The position numbers and the translations under genes were made by a program. Shown piece after piece: positions 35,487 through 44,459 of a DNA stretch of 64,000 nucleotides. Positions within the stretch are counted from its first letter, which is position 1; the number at the start of each line of letters is the position of its first letter. The stretch spans positions 2,856-66,855 of the forward strand of contig CAZFEY010000001.1 in the NCBI GenBank assembly GCA_964518135.1, in the 5' to 3' direction. Source of the DNA: an uncultured Candidatus Saccharibacteria bacterium. Lineage in GTDB: Bacteria > Patescibacteriota > Minisyncoccia > Minisyncoccales > 2-12-FULL-40-12. Below the pieces are notes generated by a model. That model did no database searches. It had not been told where the DNA came from and was given only the letters and a program-made list of their open reading frames with translations.

Positions 35487-37070
35487 ATGATAGAGCGTCT
35501 TATCGCCGTATTCACGGCTATCCCAACCCTTATAATTGCGGCTATCTATCTGCTCTTTATTTTGATTACTGGGTTTTTTGTGTCTGTGGCAAGTGGTCTT
35601 TTAGAATGGATAATCAGCCCAAACTTTATTTCTTTAAGCTATACCAAGCCCTGTCTAGCAATCAACAATTACCAGCCTACCGGATCCGCAGATACTTGCA
35701 ACCCCGTAATTGGGCTTGGTTTAGATACTATCCAGCAATTTGTTAACATGTTATTGGTGTTGATACTAATATATATAGCGCTCTCAATAGCCCTTAGAGC
35801 TGGCGGAGGCAAAGCTGAAAAATTATTTCCGCAACTAATCATTGTGGCTCTCTTAGTCAATTTCGCTCCAGTTTTCATAGGTTTAGTTGTTGATGCGGCC
35901 AATATTTTAATGAATTATTTCTTAACCCCTTTACAGGGCGGATTTAGCCAGATCGGGGCTCAGTTATCTGTATTTTGGGATGCGATAGTAAAAAACTTCT
36001 CGAAAATATGGTCTGACCTACCAAGCCAAATGACGCTATTGGGCATGGGATCTGTAATAGTATTTGTAAATATTACCGTGGCGACGATCTTATTCTTGTT
36101 CGCAGGAATCCTTTTTGTCAGGTTTATAGCTATCTGGGTAATTGTCATCTTGTCTCCTCTGGCTTTTGTCTTTTCGATCCTACCTCAAACCAATAATCTG
36201 TATAAAATGTGGGAAAAACAGCTAGTCCAGTGGTCATTTGTAGGAATACCGATCGCGTTTTTTATGTATCTCGGCGTTTCAAGCCTATCTGTACTAACGC
36301 AGAACTTTAATGCCGCCTCGATACAAGCCCCGAATTTAAATTCTTCAGTATCGCAGCTTTTGAGTCAATTACTCCCTTATTTCACTGTGGTTATTTTCTT
36401 GGTAATAGGACTCTTTGTGGGAATTTCCATGTCGGCGATGGGCGCTAACGCTGTCGTAAAAGGTATGGGAAAGGGAGCCGCTGCGGTTGGGAACTGGAGC
36501 AAAGGAAAGATTGGCGACTTAGGAAACAGGGTCAGGCAAGGCGCAAAGAATCGGGCAGGGCAATTCACATTTGCTCAAAGACAATCTATGAATGCCGGAA
36601 GAACAAAATTACAAGCCTTTACGTCTGGAACAATGGCAGCGGCTGGTTGGACTCATTCGAAACAGAAAAGCACCGGTATGGTATACCGTGCCGCAAGAAA
36701 AACAGGCTACGGAAAATTGCGCGCAGCATGGGCAACTACCGCTGCGACCACTGGTCTCAATAGAGGTATAAATACTGCTTTAAGAGGTCAAATTAAGCTT
36801 CAAGCATATAAAAAGGGACTGGCGCAAGGCATGACCAAAAAACAAGCAGTTAAGTACGCCCAACAATACACCGCGCTCTTGCAAAAACTACCTCAAAAAC
36901 GAAAAGATAGTGCGAAAAAGGCATTTAAGAAGGGAGCTGGAACAATATTATGGAGAGCTCCCATGGCGGTAACTAGAGGAATGAGTGGCGCTATCTTATT
37001 GGCTTTAAAAGAAATATATAAAGAATTAAGCAAAAAGAAGAAAACAAAAAAAACGAAAAAAAAGCCATAA
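35487..37070 (+). CDS. polytopic membrane protein, VirB6/TrbL-like by architecture (6-7 TM + basic hydrophilic C-tail)
   Basis: Multiple hydrophobic helices then long Lys/Ala/Gly-rich tail ending KKKTKKTKKKP; position within T4SS-like locus. Confidence 0.4.
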   Translation: MIERLIAVFTAIPTLIIAAIYLLFILITGFFVSVASGLLEWIISPNFISLSYTKPCLAINNYQPTGSADTCNPVIGLGLDTIQQFVNMLLVLILIYIALSIALRAGGGKAEKLFPQLIIVALLVNFAPVFIGLVVDAANILMNYFLTPLQGGFSQIGAQLSVFWDAIVKNFSKIWSDLPSQMTLLGMGSVIVFVNITVATILFLFAGILFVRFIAIWVIVILSPLAFVFSILPQTNNLYKMWEKQLVQWSFVGIPIAFFMYLGVSSLSVLTQNFNAASIQAPNLNSSVSQLLSQLLPYFTVVIFLVIGLFVGISMSAMGANAVVKGMGKGAAAVGNWSKGKIGDLGNRVRQGAKNRAGQFTFAQRQSMNAGRTKLQAFTSGTMAAAGWTHSKQKSTGMVYRAARKTGYGKLRAAWATTAATTGLNRGINTALRGQIKLQAYKKGLAQGMTKKQAVKYAQQYTALLQKLPQKRKDSAKKAFKKGAGTILWRAPMAVTRGMSGAILLALKEIYKELSKKKKTKKTKKKP

Positions 37071-37095
37071 AATAATAAATTTAAAATAAAAAACT

Positions 37096-37566
37096 ATGCC
37101 CGAAGAATTTGATATTCAAAAAGTAAAAGAAAATTACCCTGAAATACTAGAGATAATACCATCAGAAATCATAGACCTAGCCACTTCGGAAGATACTCAA
37201 AATAGCATCGCTGGTATTTGTATTGATAACGACATAGAAAGCGAAGAGATCATTGAAAATATTGCTTATTATATAGGTCTATCTTTGTTGGGCGAGTTGC
37301 CTATTCAACAATTAACAGACACTCTTGTTGAGAAAGTAGGATTAGAGCATGGCTTAGCGGAAAAAATATATACAGAAATCGATCAGGTAATATTTGATAA
37401 GGTTCGAAGTTCTTTGGAAGAATTATACAAGAAAAGAGATCAAGAAATAACAGAAGGAGAAATCGATGAATTATCCGAAGAACAAGAAGATTCTAGCGCG
37501 CCAGAAACGCAAAAAGCAGGAGATCAAGAATCAACAAAAGACACTTACCGAGAAAATATTGAATAA
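37096..37566 (+). CDS. acidic hypothetical protein
   Basis: pI clearly acidic, no motifs. Confidence 0.45.
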   Translation: MPEEFDIQKVKENYPEILEIIPSEIIDLATSEDTQNSIAGICIDNDIESEEIIENIAYYIGLSLLGELPIQQLTDTLVEKVGLEHGLAEKIYTEIDQVIFDKVRSSLEELYKKRDQEITEGEIDELSEEQEDSSAPETQKAGDQESTKDTYRENIE

Positions 37567-37634
37567 GTAAACTCAATTCCTCCGGAATTAAACAGGCTTG
37601 ATTCTGACGAATAAAAAAGAGGGCGAGATTCCTC

Positions 37635-37997
37635 TCACCCTTCTTCATCTTCATCCTCCTCTTCGTCTTCATCCTCCTCCTCTTTTCTTCGAGGTTTAGG
37701 TTTAGACGATTTGAACTTAGATCGTTTTTTGTTGGTACCTTTCTTGGGTTTCTCATCGATCTCTACCTGGAAAACAGCTTCTAGGAAACCGATGATTATC
37801 ATCCAAATAATGTACCAAATTGCCATGATCGCGATCAGTAAACCGCTACCTATCGCGATCAAAATATTACCACCCATTTTCCAGCCAGAACCATTTCTGG
37901 TTGTTCTGCGAGGGATACGTCCGTAACGAGACTTTCTTCTATTGACGCGTCCACCGACATCAACAATGTCCTCCCCAAACTGTTCTTCATCCGTCAT
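37635..37997 (-). CDS. small membrane protein with poly-Glu/Asp tail (possible NfeD-like partner of SPFH protein)
   Basis: Two TM helices; translationally coupled (overlap) with upstream SPFH gene. Confidence 0.4.
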   Translation of the reverse strand: MTDEEQFGEDIVDVGGRVNRRKSRYGRIPRRTTRNGSGWKMGGNILIAIGSGLLIAIMAIWYIIWMIIIGFLEAVFQVEIDEKPKKGTNKKRSKFKSSKPKPRRKEEEDEDEEEDEDEEG

Positions 37998-38974
37998 TAT
38001 TTGCCTCCCTTAGCTAAGGAAATGAGCTGGGCAAGCGTAGCATCTACACCTTGCCCACCAGCGAATTCGACTCTCTGGCCGGCATTTGCAGCATATGCTA
38101 TCTGGGCCGGAGTGAGATCGATAGCCGCCTTGTAAAGCATCTGCTTAAGCGCTGGATCCTTGTTAATCTCTTTTTGCAGATCGATTGTCGACTTGCCAGA
38201 GATTTTTTCCAGGGCTCGCATTATTGCCCCAACTCCACCCTTAGTAATAGCTTCTGCTTCATGTTCAGCGGCATCGGCTTTACGCAAAGCAGTCTGAACG
38301 AGGGCTCGTGCCTCTAATAGATCTTCGCTTAGGTCAAAATCACGAATAGTGATTTGTTCCAGGTGAATACCTATTTTATCGAGAGCCTCAATGATTTTCG
38401 CGAGCTCTCCTTGCGGTAGCTGATTTTTCAAATCAACCCCAGAACCCTTCATTGTTAAGCCTTCATCTAAGTGCAGTGTGTTGAGGTAGGCTCGGATAGC
38501 GTTTTCGAAAAGATTTCGAGCAACACTCATCCAATTCTCAACAGAGTAGGTTGCTCTGTACGCGCCTGACCAAGAGTTGCCAGTTGCGTCTTCGTACGCT
38601 TCATCTGGACTTTTGACCCGTACTTGCGCTATCACACCGCGAGGTGTCGCGCTCCCATCTTTGAAATCTACCTCAATCGAAGTATCTCCTTCGAAAAGTT
38701 TGACCTCTTGGATCCAAATCGGAATAATATTCCGAATTGTTTCTATGCCCGGAATGATCCATTGCAACCCGGGACGAAGTGATCGGAAAAATTTTCCAAA
38801 TAGCTCCGTTACAAATCTCTCTTCTTCGCCGATTGATCTGAATCCATAGAAAACCGAGATCAACACAACGGTCAAGATACCACCGCCCCAATAATGACCG
38901 GCTCGAAACAGCACAAGGTCGATGATCGCACCAATAATGATAGCGATAATCATAAAGACAGTTAGAGTAGGCAT
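37997..38974 (-). CDS. SPFH/band-7 (stomatin/HflK-like) membrane protein
   Basis: N-terminal TM then band-7 core 'VTELFGKFFRSLRPGLQWIIPGIETIRNI...IEVDFKD'. Confidence 0.8.
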   Translation of the reverse strand: MPTLTVFMIIAIIIGAIIDLVLFRAGHYWGGGILTVVLISVFYGFRSIGEEERFVTELFGKFFRSLRPGLQWIIPGIETIRNIIPIWIQEVKLFEGDTSIEVDFKDGSATPRGVIAQVRVKSPDEAYEDATGNSWSGAYRATYSVENWMSVARNLFENAIRAYLNTLHLDEGLTMKGSGVDLKNQLPQGELAKIIEALDKIGIHLEQITIRDFDLSEDLLEARALVQTALRKADAAEHEAEAITKGGVGAIMRALEKISGKSTIDLQKEINKDPALKQMLYKAAIDLTPAQIAYAANAGQRVEFAGGQGVDATLAQLISLAKGGK

Positions 38975-38989
38975 TGTTTTCTCCTTATC

Positions 38990-39062
38990 GGTGTATTTTA
39001 CCTATTAGGTACTATATTAAGTATAGCACCTTATGGTTTTTTTGTCAATACCAAGTGGGGCA
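38990..39062 (-). promoter_or_regulatory. sigma70-like promoter (TTGACA-N17-TATACT) with conserved downstream TTAATATAGTACCTAA motif
   Basis: Minus strand: TTGACAAAAAAACCATAAGGTGCTATACTTAATATAGTACCTAATAGG...AAGGAG...ATG; near-identical to 5094-5150 element. Confidence 0.45.
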
Positions 39063-39114
39063 TACTTAAAACTGGCTTTTTTGAATGTATTTTGTGTTAT
39101 AATTTAAGAAGTGA

Positions 39115-39180
39115 TAAACTTATAGAACAAGTTTGTTCCTGATGAAATAGAATAAGTTTGTTATTAGCGCAATAAAGCAA
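39115..39180. promoter_or_regulatory. three 25-bp-phased direct repeats with core AAGTTTGTT inside short palindromes (gAACAAGTTTGTTc / aatAAGTTTGTTatt / agcAAGTTTGTTgct); candidate operator array
   Basis: Cores at 39119, 39144, 39169 (exact 25-bp spacing); same palindrome family at 63066-63098. Confidence 0.5.
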
Positions 39181-39205
39181 GTTTGTTGCTAATGCAATAA
39201 AGCAT

Positions 39206-39622
39206 ATGCAATTTGATGTCCCTCAATTTGTTGAGTCTGAAACCAAAATAGCTGGATCTTTAACATTTAGACAGGTTTTATATCTTGCTGCTGCTGGTAT
39301 TGTCGTAATGGTTTCTTATTTCGGCCTGGCCAAAACCAACCTTGGTTTATTTATATTTATTACTGTTTTGGCAATCGTTTTTGGTTTGGCGTTCGCATTC
39401 CTTAAGATTGGTGGATTCTCTCTGGCAGTCTTTCTGAAGAATCTAATATTTTTCTTGATATCTTCCAAGGTTTATCTGTGGAGAAAACCTGCTGTGGCAC
39501 CCAAGGTTATCCAGAAAAGAATCGCTTCACCAGCAGAAGCAGAGAAAGAGAAAACCCTTAAAATGGGTGGAGAAAGCCGACTTAACAAGCTTTCAACCCA
39601 AATAGAAACAAACACCCAATAA
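39206..39622 (+). CDS. PrgI/VirB3-like small two-TM protein
   Basis: 'LTFRQVLYLAAAGIVVM' then second TM; size and position immediately upstream of VirB4 as in Gram-positive T4SS. Confidence 0.45.
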   Translation: MQFDVPQFVESETKIAGSLTFRQVLYLAAAGIVVMVSYFGLAKTNLGLFIFITVLAIVFGLAFAFLKIGGFSLAVFLKNLIFFLISSKVYLWRKPAVAPKVIQKRIASPAEAEKEKTLKMGGESRLNKLSTQIETNTQ

Positions 39623-39627
39623 CAACT

Positions 39628-40272
39628 ATGGCCGAACTTACTACGCAAAAGTTTTTAGAAATATCTCAAATCAAGGAAGGTGTTATCGTTCTGCGAAATA
39701 AAGCTCTGCGAGGAATCTTAATGGTGTCTTCGGTTAACTTCGCGTTGAAGTCTACTGACGAACAAAGCGCTATCCTGTATCAATTCCAAAGTTTTTTAAA
39801 TGCGCTCGATTTTTCGTGTCAAATAGTTGTTCAATCAAGAAGATTAAATATCACCGGTTATTTAGAAAAGTTGGAAGAACTAGAACAAAAACAAAAAAAT
39901 AAACTTTTAAAATTACAAACGAAAGAGTATAAAGATTTTATTAAACAATTGGTTGAAGAGAAAGAAATACTAACTAAAAGTTTCTTTGTGGTTGTACCAT
40001 ATTCTATTTCGGAAATGATTGGTCCTGAATCTTCCCAGAAAGGATTATTAGCGCAAGCTAAATTGCCAACTTTGACAGAAGAAAATTTCCAAAGATGCAA
40101 AACGCAACTATGGCAAAGGATGGAGTATGTGGCTCTAGGATTAAGAAGGTGCGGACTTCAATCTGTCCCCCTGACAACGCCCGAAATCGTCGAGCTTTTT
40201 TGGAGCTTACATCATCCTAAAGAAGCAGAAGTGGGATTTTACCCGGAATTTCCAATGGAATTAATTGTGTAA
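39628..40272 (+). CDS. VirB4/TrbE N-terminal-domain-like protein (separate ORF)
   Basis: 'LRGILMVSSVNFALKSTDEQSAILYQFQSFLNALDFSCQIVVQS' resembles N-terminal region of VirB4-family ATPases. Confidence 0.45.
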   Translation: MAELTTQKFLEISQIKEGVIVLRNKALRGILMVSSVNFALKSTDEQSAILYQFQSFLNALDFSCQIVVQSRRLNITGYLEKLEELEQKQKNKLLKLQTKEYKDFIKQLVEEKEILTKSFFVVVPYSISEMIGPESSQKGLLAQAKLPTLTEENFQRCKTQLWQRMEYVALGLRRCGLQSVPLTTPEIVELFWSLHHPKEAEVGFYPEFPMELIV

Positions 40273-40279
40273 TCCAATA

Positions 40280-42067
40280 ATGAAACTACCATTTTTTAAA
40301 AAAAGAGGTGAAGACCAATTAGTCGCTGAGGTTGCGCTACCAGAAACAGTGGGAATTAGCGACATTATAGCACCTTCTTCGATCGAGGTATCTCCTAATT
40401 ATGTAAAGATAGGAGAAAGATTAGCCAAAACATTTTTTATCTTTTCTTATCCTAGCTCCTTAACAACTGGGTGGTTTTCGCCAATTATCAATTTAGACAC
40501 AACAATGGATATTGGTATTTTTATTCACCCAGTAGATATGGCGCAGGTTCTTAAGCAGTTAAGGAAAAAAGTTACCGAAGTGCAGGCCGATATAATAGAA
40601 AGAGAGGAAAAAGGTTTAATTCGAGACCCTCAAACAGAAATGGCATTCCGTAATTTAGAAGAATTGCGAGAAAAATTCATATCAGCGCAAGAAAGAATGT
40701 TTAGGGTGGGTATATATATAACAATTTATGCCGACAGCGAAAAACAACTTACCGAAACCGAAGTGTTCTTAAGATCGGCGATAGAGGGTAGATTGGTTTA
40801 TTCAAAACCTGCAACGTTCCAGCAAAAAAAAGGCTTTATTTCAACTTCTCCTTACGGGATAGACGCTTTGCAAATTACCACCTCAATGAATACAGCTCCG
40901 GTATCTAGTGCTTTTCCGTTTGTATCTTTCGATTTGAGCTCGAACGACGGTATTTTATACGGAATCAACCAGCATAATAATTCCTTAATTTTATTCGATA
41001 GATTTACGCTGGAAAACTCCAACGCTGTTATCTTCGGAACTTCAGGCTCTGGAAAAAGCTATTTGGTAAAGTTGGATGCCTTACGATCTCTAATGATTGG
41101 CGCTAATGTTATTATTATTGACCCCGAAAATGAATACAAGGCCTTAGCTGATACGGTCGGAGGTTCTTTCTTTAACATTTCCCTATCTTCTAATGACCGA
41201 ATTAACCCATTTGACTTACCCCCACCAAGAGAAGGAGAAAGACCGGAAGACGTCTTAAGGTCTAACACAATGAATTTGGTCGGATTATTAAGGATTATGC
41301 TAGGAGGATTAACGCCCGAAGAAGATGCAATAATAGACAGAGCCCTTACTGAAACTTATGCCGCCAAAGACATCACGCCAGATAGTGATTTTTCTGCGGC
41401 TACACCTCCATTACTTTCGGACTTAGAAGATGTTCTATCGACAATGGAGGGTGCAGAAAACTTAACTATAAAGCTAAGAAAGTTTACTCAAGGCACTTAC
41501 TCATCGTTCTTTAATCAGCACTCTAATGTTTCTATGGATAACAATATGATCGTTTTTGGCATAAGAGACATGGAAGAACAATTAAGGCCGATTGCGATGT
41601 ATATAATTATGAGGTATATCTGGAATCAGGTTAGATCTATACTAAAAAAAAGGGTTTTGATTATAGATGAAGCATGGTGGCTTATGCAAACAGAAGATGG
41701 TGCATCTTTCTTGTATGGATTAGTAAAAAGGTCTAGAAAGTACTGGCTAGGAGTCACAACAATAACTCAAGACGTTGGCGATTTTATGAAGTCAGAATAT
41801 GGAAAACCTATCATTACCAACTCTGCATTGAAGATTTTGATGAAGCAATCTCCGGCCACAATCAATCTTGTTCAACAAACGTTTAACCTTACAGAAGAAG
41901 AAAAATATATTCTGCTTGAACCGTCTGTGGGAGAGGGCATATTCTTTGCCGGGCAAAAACATGTAGCCATAAAAGTTATGGCATCTTACACTGAAGACCA
42001 AATTATAACTACGGACCCGGGGCAATTAGCGAAAATCAAAAGAGCAAAAGCAGATTTAACCGAATAA
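40280..42067 (+). CDS. VirB4/TrbE/CagE-family type IV secretion ATPase (ATPase domain)
   Basis: Walker A 'GTSGSGKS', Walker B/'DEAW' hallmark 'VLIIDEAWWLM'; start at internal ATG. Confidence 0.85.
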   Translation: MKLPFFKKRGEDQLVAEVALPETVGISDIIAPSSIEVSPNYVKIGERLAKTFFIFSYPSSLTTGWFSPIINLDTTMDIGIFIHPVDMAQVLKQLRKKVTEVQADIIEREEKGLIRDPQTEMAFRNLEELREKFISAQERMFRVGIYITIYADSEKQLTETEVFLRSAIEGRLVYSKPATFQQKKGFISTSPYGIDALQITTSMNTAPVSSAFPFVSFDLSSNDGILYGINQHNNSLILFDRFTLENSNAVIFGTSGSGKSYLVKLDALRSLMIGANVIIIDPENEYKALADTVGGSFFNISLSSNDRINPFDLPPPREGERPEDVLRSNTMNLVGLLRIMLGGLTPEEDAIIDRALTETYAAKDITPDSDFSAATPPLLSDLEDVLSTMEGAENLTIKLRKFTQGTYSSFFNQHSNVSMDNNMIVFGIRDMEEQLRPIAMYIIMRYIWNQVRSILKKRVLIIDEAWWLMQTEDGASFLYGLVKRSRKYWLGVTTITQDVGDFMKSEYGKPIITNSALKILMKQSPATINLVQQTFNLTEEEKYILLEPSVGEGIFFAGQKHVAIKVMASYTEDQIITTDPGQLAKIKRAKADLTE

Positions 42068-42074
42068 TAAGACC

Positions 42075-42473
42075 ATGCCAGAAGAAATCGAGGAATCGCA
42101 AGAACCACAAGAAACAGAAGAAATCCAGGAGAGTGGCGGAGCAATGAACCTTTTAAGCCCAGAAGGGCTTGTAATGATGTCTGTGGCAGTAGTTATTGAC
42201 TTGATCGGCTTGATTATAGTGTGCGTAGGATTAGATGATTTTGGCATCACCGATATAATAGGTATGATTTTTATAGGCTCTTGGATGTTTTTCAGGTCTG
42301 GCGCAATGCCAGAAAGAAAAACTCCCTCGAAAAAATCGAAGGGAGCTGGGAAAACGGCAGAGCGAAATGTATTAAAAAGATTCGGCCTAACAGGGCTAGC
42401 CGAGCTAATCCCGTACTTAGGCGCACTACCTTGGTGGACTATAATGGTTTATAAAGAATTAACCGAAAGCTAA
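42075..42473 (+). CDS. small acidic-N-terminus membrane protein
   Basis: Two hydrophobic helices; last gene of plus-strand block. Confidence 0.45.
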   Translation: MPEEIEESQEPQETEEIQESGGAMNLLSPEGLVMMSVAVVIDLIGLIIVCVGLDDFGITDIIGMIFIGSWMFFRSGAMPERKTPSKKSKGAGKTAERNVLKRFGLTGLAELIPYLGALPWWTIMVYKELTES

Positions 42474-42979
42474 CCTGCTAAAGCGCCCGACTTAAGCCTT
42501 ATAGCTATTCTTCTGTTCGGATTTTCTCCAATGCTTTCGGTAATAATATTTTCGTTATTGGATAATTCCATATGAACAACCCTTCTTTCGTAAGCCGACA
42601 TCTGTGGTAAAACTATTTCCTTTTTGGATAAAATAACTTCTTCTGCTGAAAGCCGAGCTAGCTCTTTTAAGTACTCGGATTTTTTCTTTTTATAGCTATT
42701 GATGTCTAATTCGAATAAAAACTGTTTATCCGTTTTCTTTCTCAACACGCACCTAATCAAGTGTTGGATCTCCATTAGCGCCTGGCCACGCTCGCCAATC
42801 AAAACCTGTGGCTCCTGGGCATGGACGTCAACCGAAACAACATCTGCCGGGACAGCATTTTTGTCTTGCGCAGAAGTACTGCCTAGCACCAAAGAGCCAA
42901 GTTCAACTTCAAATCCTGTTTTTTGGAAAAATTCTTGGATTAAGTTTTTTATTATTTTTAATTCGTTGCTGTTTATCAT
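42470..42979 (-). CDS. Jag/KhpB-like RNA-binding protein (KH + R3H)
   Basis: R3H motif 'ERRVVHMELSNNENI', conserved synteny downstream of yidC. Confidence 0.8.
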   Translation of the reverse strand: MINSNELKIIKNLIQEFFQKTGFEVELGSLVLGSTSAQDKNAVPADVVSVDVHAQEPQVLIGERGQALMEIQHLIRCVLRKKTDKQFLFELDINSYKKKKSEYLKELARLSAEEVILSKKEIVLPQMSAYERRVVHMELSNNENIITESIGENPNRRIAIRLKSGALAG

Positions 42980-43701
42980 TTTGTATTATTTTTTAATAAA
43001 CTTTTTTGTTGAAAAGTAGAAAATAAAGAAGTTACTATCCAATATAATGCCAGAGCAGACGGCAACTTCCAAAGTATCATAACAGTAAATAAAGGGAAAA
43101 AATAAAGCATTTGTTTCTGCATCATTGAAGACATTTGTGCCTGGGCGTCTTTTTTATTTCTGCCGGTATTTTTTGTGGCAGGGGTCATTGTTTTAGCCTG
43201 GAAAAATTGGCCTATACCAGCCATCAATGCCAATGCGACTGATGGTTCTCCGAGGTTTAATATGCCCAGAAACATCGGGTCAATAAAATCGGGGGCCGGC
43301 AAAAAGGAATAAATATCATTTAGCTGTTCCGGCTGAAATCCTCTCCAAAAAATACGCCAAAGAGCAATCAATATCGGTACCTGGACCAACGAAAGAACTA
43401 ACCCGGAAAAAGGATTTACCCTTGCTTGTTTGTAAAGATCCATTACCTCCGTCGCTTGTTTTTGCTTATCGTTTTTGTATTTTTCTTGCAATTCTTTCAC
43501 CTTAGGCTGGAGATCCTGCACTGCCTTTTGAATTTTAATAGCTTCCGACCCCAATGGGTAAAGCGCTAATTTGATCAAAATAGTTAAAGCGACGATGGCT
43601 ATCCCAAAATCTTTACCCGGTAAAAATTGATACAATAAAATCAAAAGATTAAATAATGGCTGATAAAGTGCTACGTGAAAAAAATTTATTAATACATCCA
43701 T
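42976..43701 (-). CDS. yidC: membrane protein insertase YidC (short form)
   Basis: YidC/Oxa1 core helices 'LYPLGSEAIKIQKAVQDLQPKVKELQEKYKND...MDLYKQARVNP'. Confidence 0.85.
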   Translation of the reverse strand: MDVLINFFHVALYQPLFNLLILLYQFLPGKDFGIAIVALTILIKLALYPLGSEAIKIQKAVQDLQPKVKELQEKYKNDKQKQATEVMDLYKQARVNPFSGLVLSLVQVPILIALWRIFWRGFQPEQLNDIYSFLPAPDFIDPMFLGILNLGEPSVALALMAGIGQFFQAKTMTPATKNTGRNKKDAQAQMSSMMQKQMLYFFPLFTVMILWKLPSALALYWIVTSLFSTFQQKSLLKNNTK

Positions 43702-43719
43702 AATAATCTACCTTTAGTT

Positions 43720-44043
43720 TTAAACTGCTTTTTTCAATAGTTGCTCAACGATTTTTTTTAAATCTGCAAAGCTTTTACGCTCTAATCCTGATTGAGCCAC
43801 AAAAACCATATCAAAACCATTGTCGCTACTTAATTCCGCCAACGTTTTCAATCTCCTTCTTAAGCGATTGCGAACAACCGCTTTTTTTGAAACATCCTTA
43901 CTTATAACAAAGCCTTGGCGGTTATAACCAAGACGATTGGCAGCAACTTGAAGAAACAAACAATCTCCCTTAGTTCTCTTTCCTTTCTTAAAAACAATTC
44001 CAAAATCTCTCTTTCGCCTTAACCGATTAATTTTTGACAACAT
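43720..44043 (-). CDS. rnpA: ribonuclease P protein component
   Basis: 'LRRKRDFGIVFKKGKR' and 'RNRLRRRLK' RnpA signatures; start set at MLSKINRL. Confidence 0.8.
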   Translation of the reverse strand: MLSKINRLRRKRDFGIVFKKGKRTKGDCLFLQVAANRLGYNRQGFVISKDVSKKAVVRNRLRRRLKTLAELSSDNGFDMVFVAQSGLERKSFADLKKIVEQLLKKAV

Positions 44044-44065
44044 TAATTGGGTTGTAAAAACAAAA

Positions 44066-44199
44066 TCACGCAACCAGTCGCTGCCTTCCCTTTCTTCTAC
44101 GCCTAGCTACAACCTTTCTTCCTCCCTTAGTCGACTTCCTTTTTCTAAAGCCGTGTGTTTTTTTTCTTTTTCTTTTCTTTGGTTGATATGTAATACTCA
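44066..44199 (-). CDS. rpmH: 50S ribosomal protein L34
   Basis: Translates to [44 protein letters not shown]; not in ORF track (<60 aa). Confidence 0.85.
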
Positions 44200-44459
44200 T
44201 AGACCCTACGTAATACACTTGTGGATTATGTAATACTTATAAATTTCAAACAACACCCTTAAAACCTTAGACAACTCTGTTTTAGAATAACAAAAAAATG
44301 ACCCCAAGTCAAACCCGCGCCAATAATTATTTATATACACAGCTTTTGCCCAGTTTCTTAACAGTGAAATTAGCTTTTGCCTTAATTTACCTTAAATTTG
44401 CACTTAATTTTCTTTTTGATGGCCCTGTGATATAATCAAAAATCTTAAATCTAACCCTT

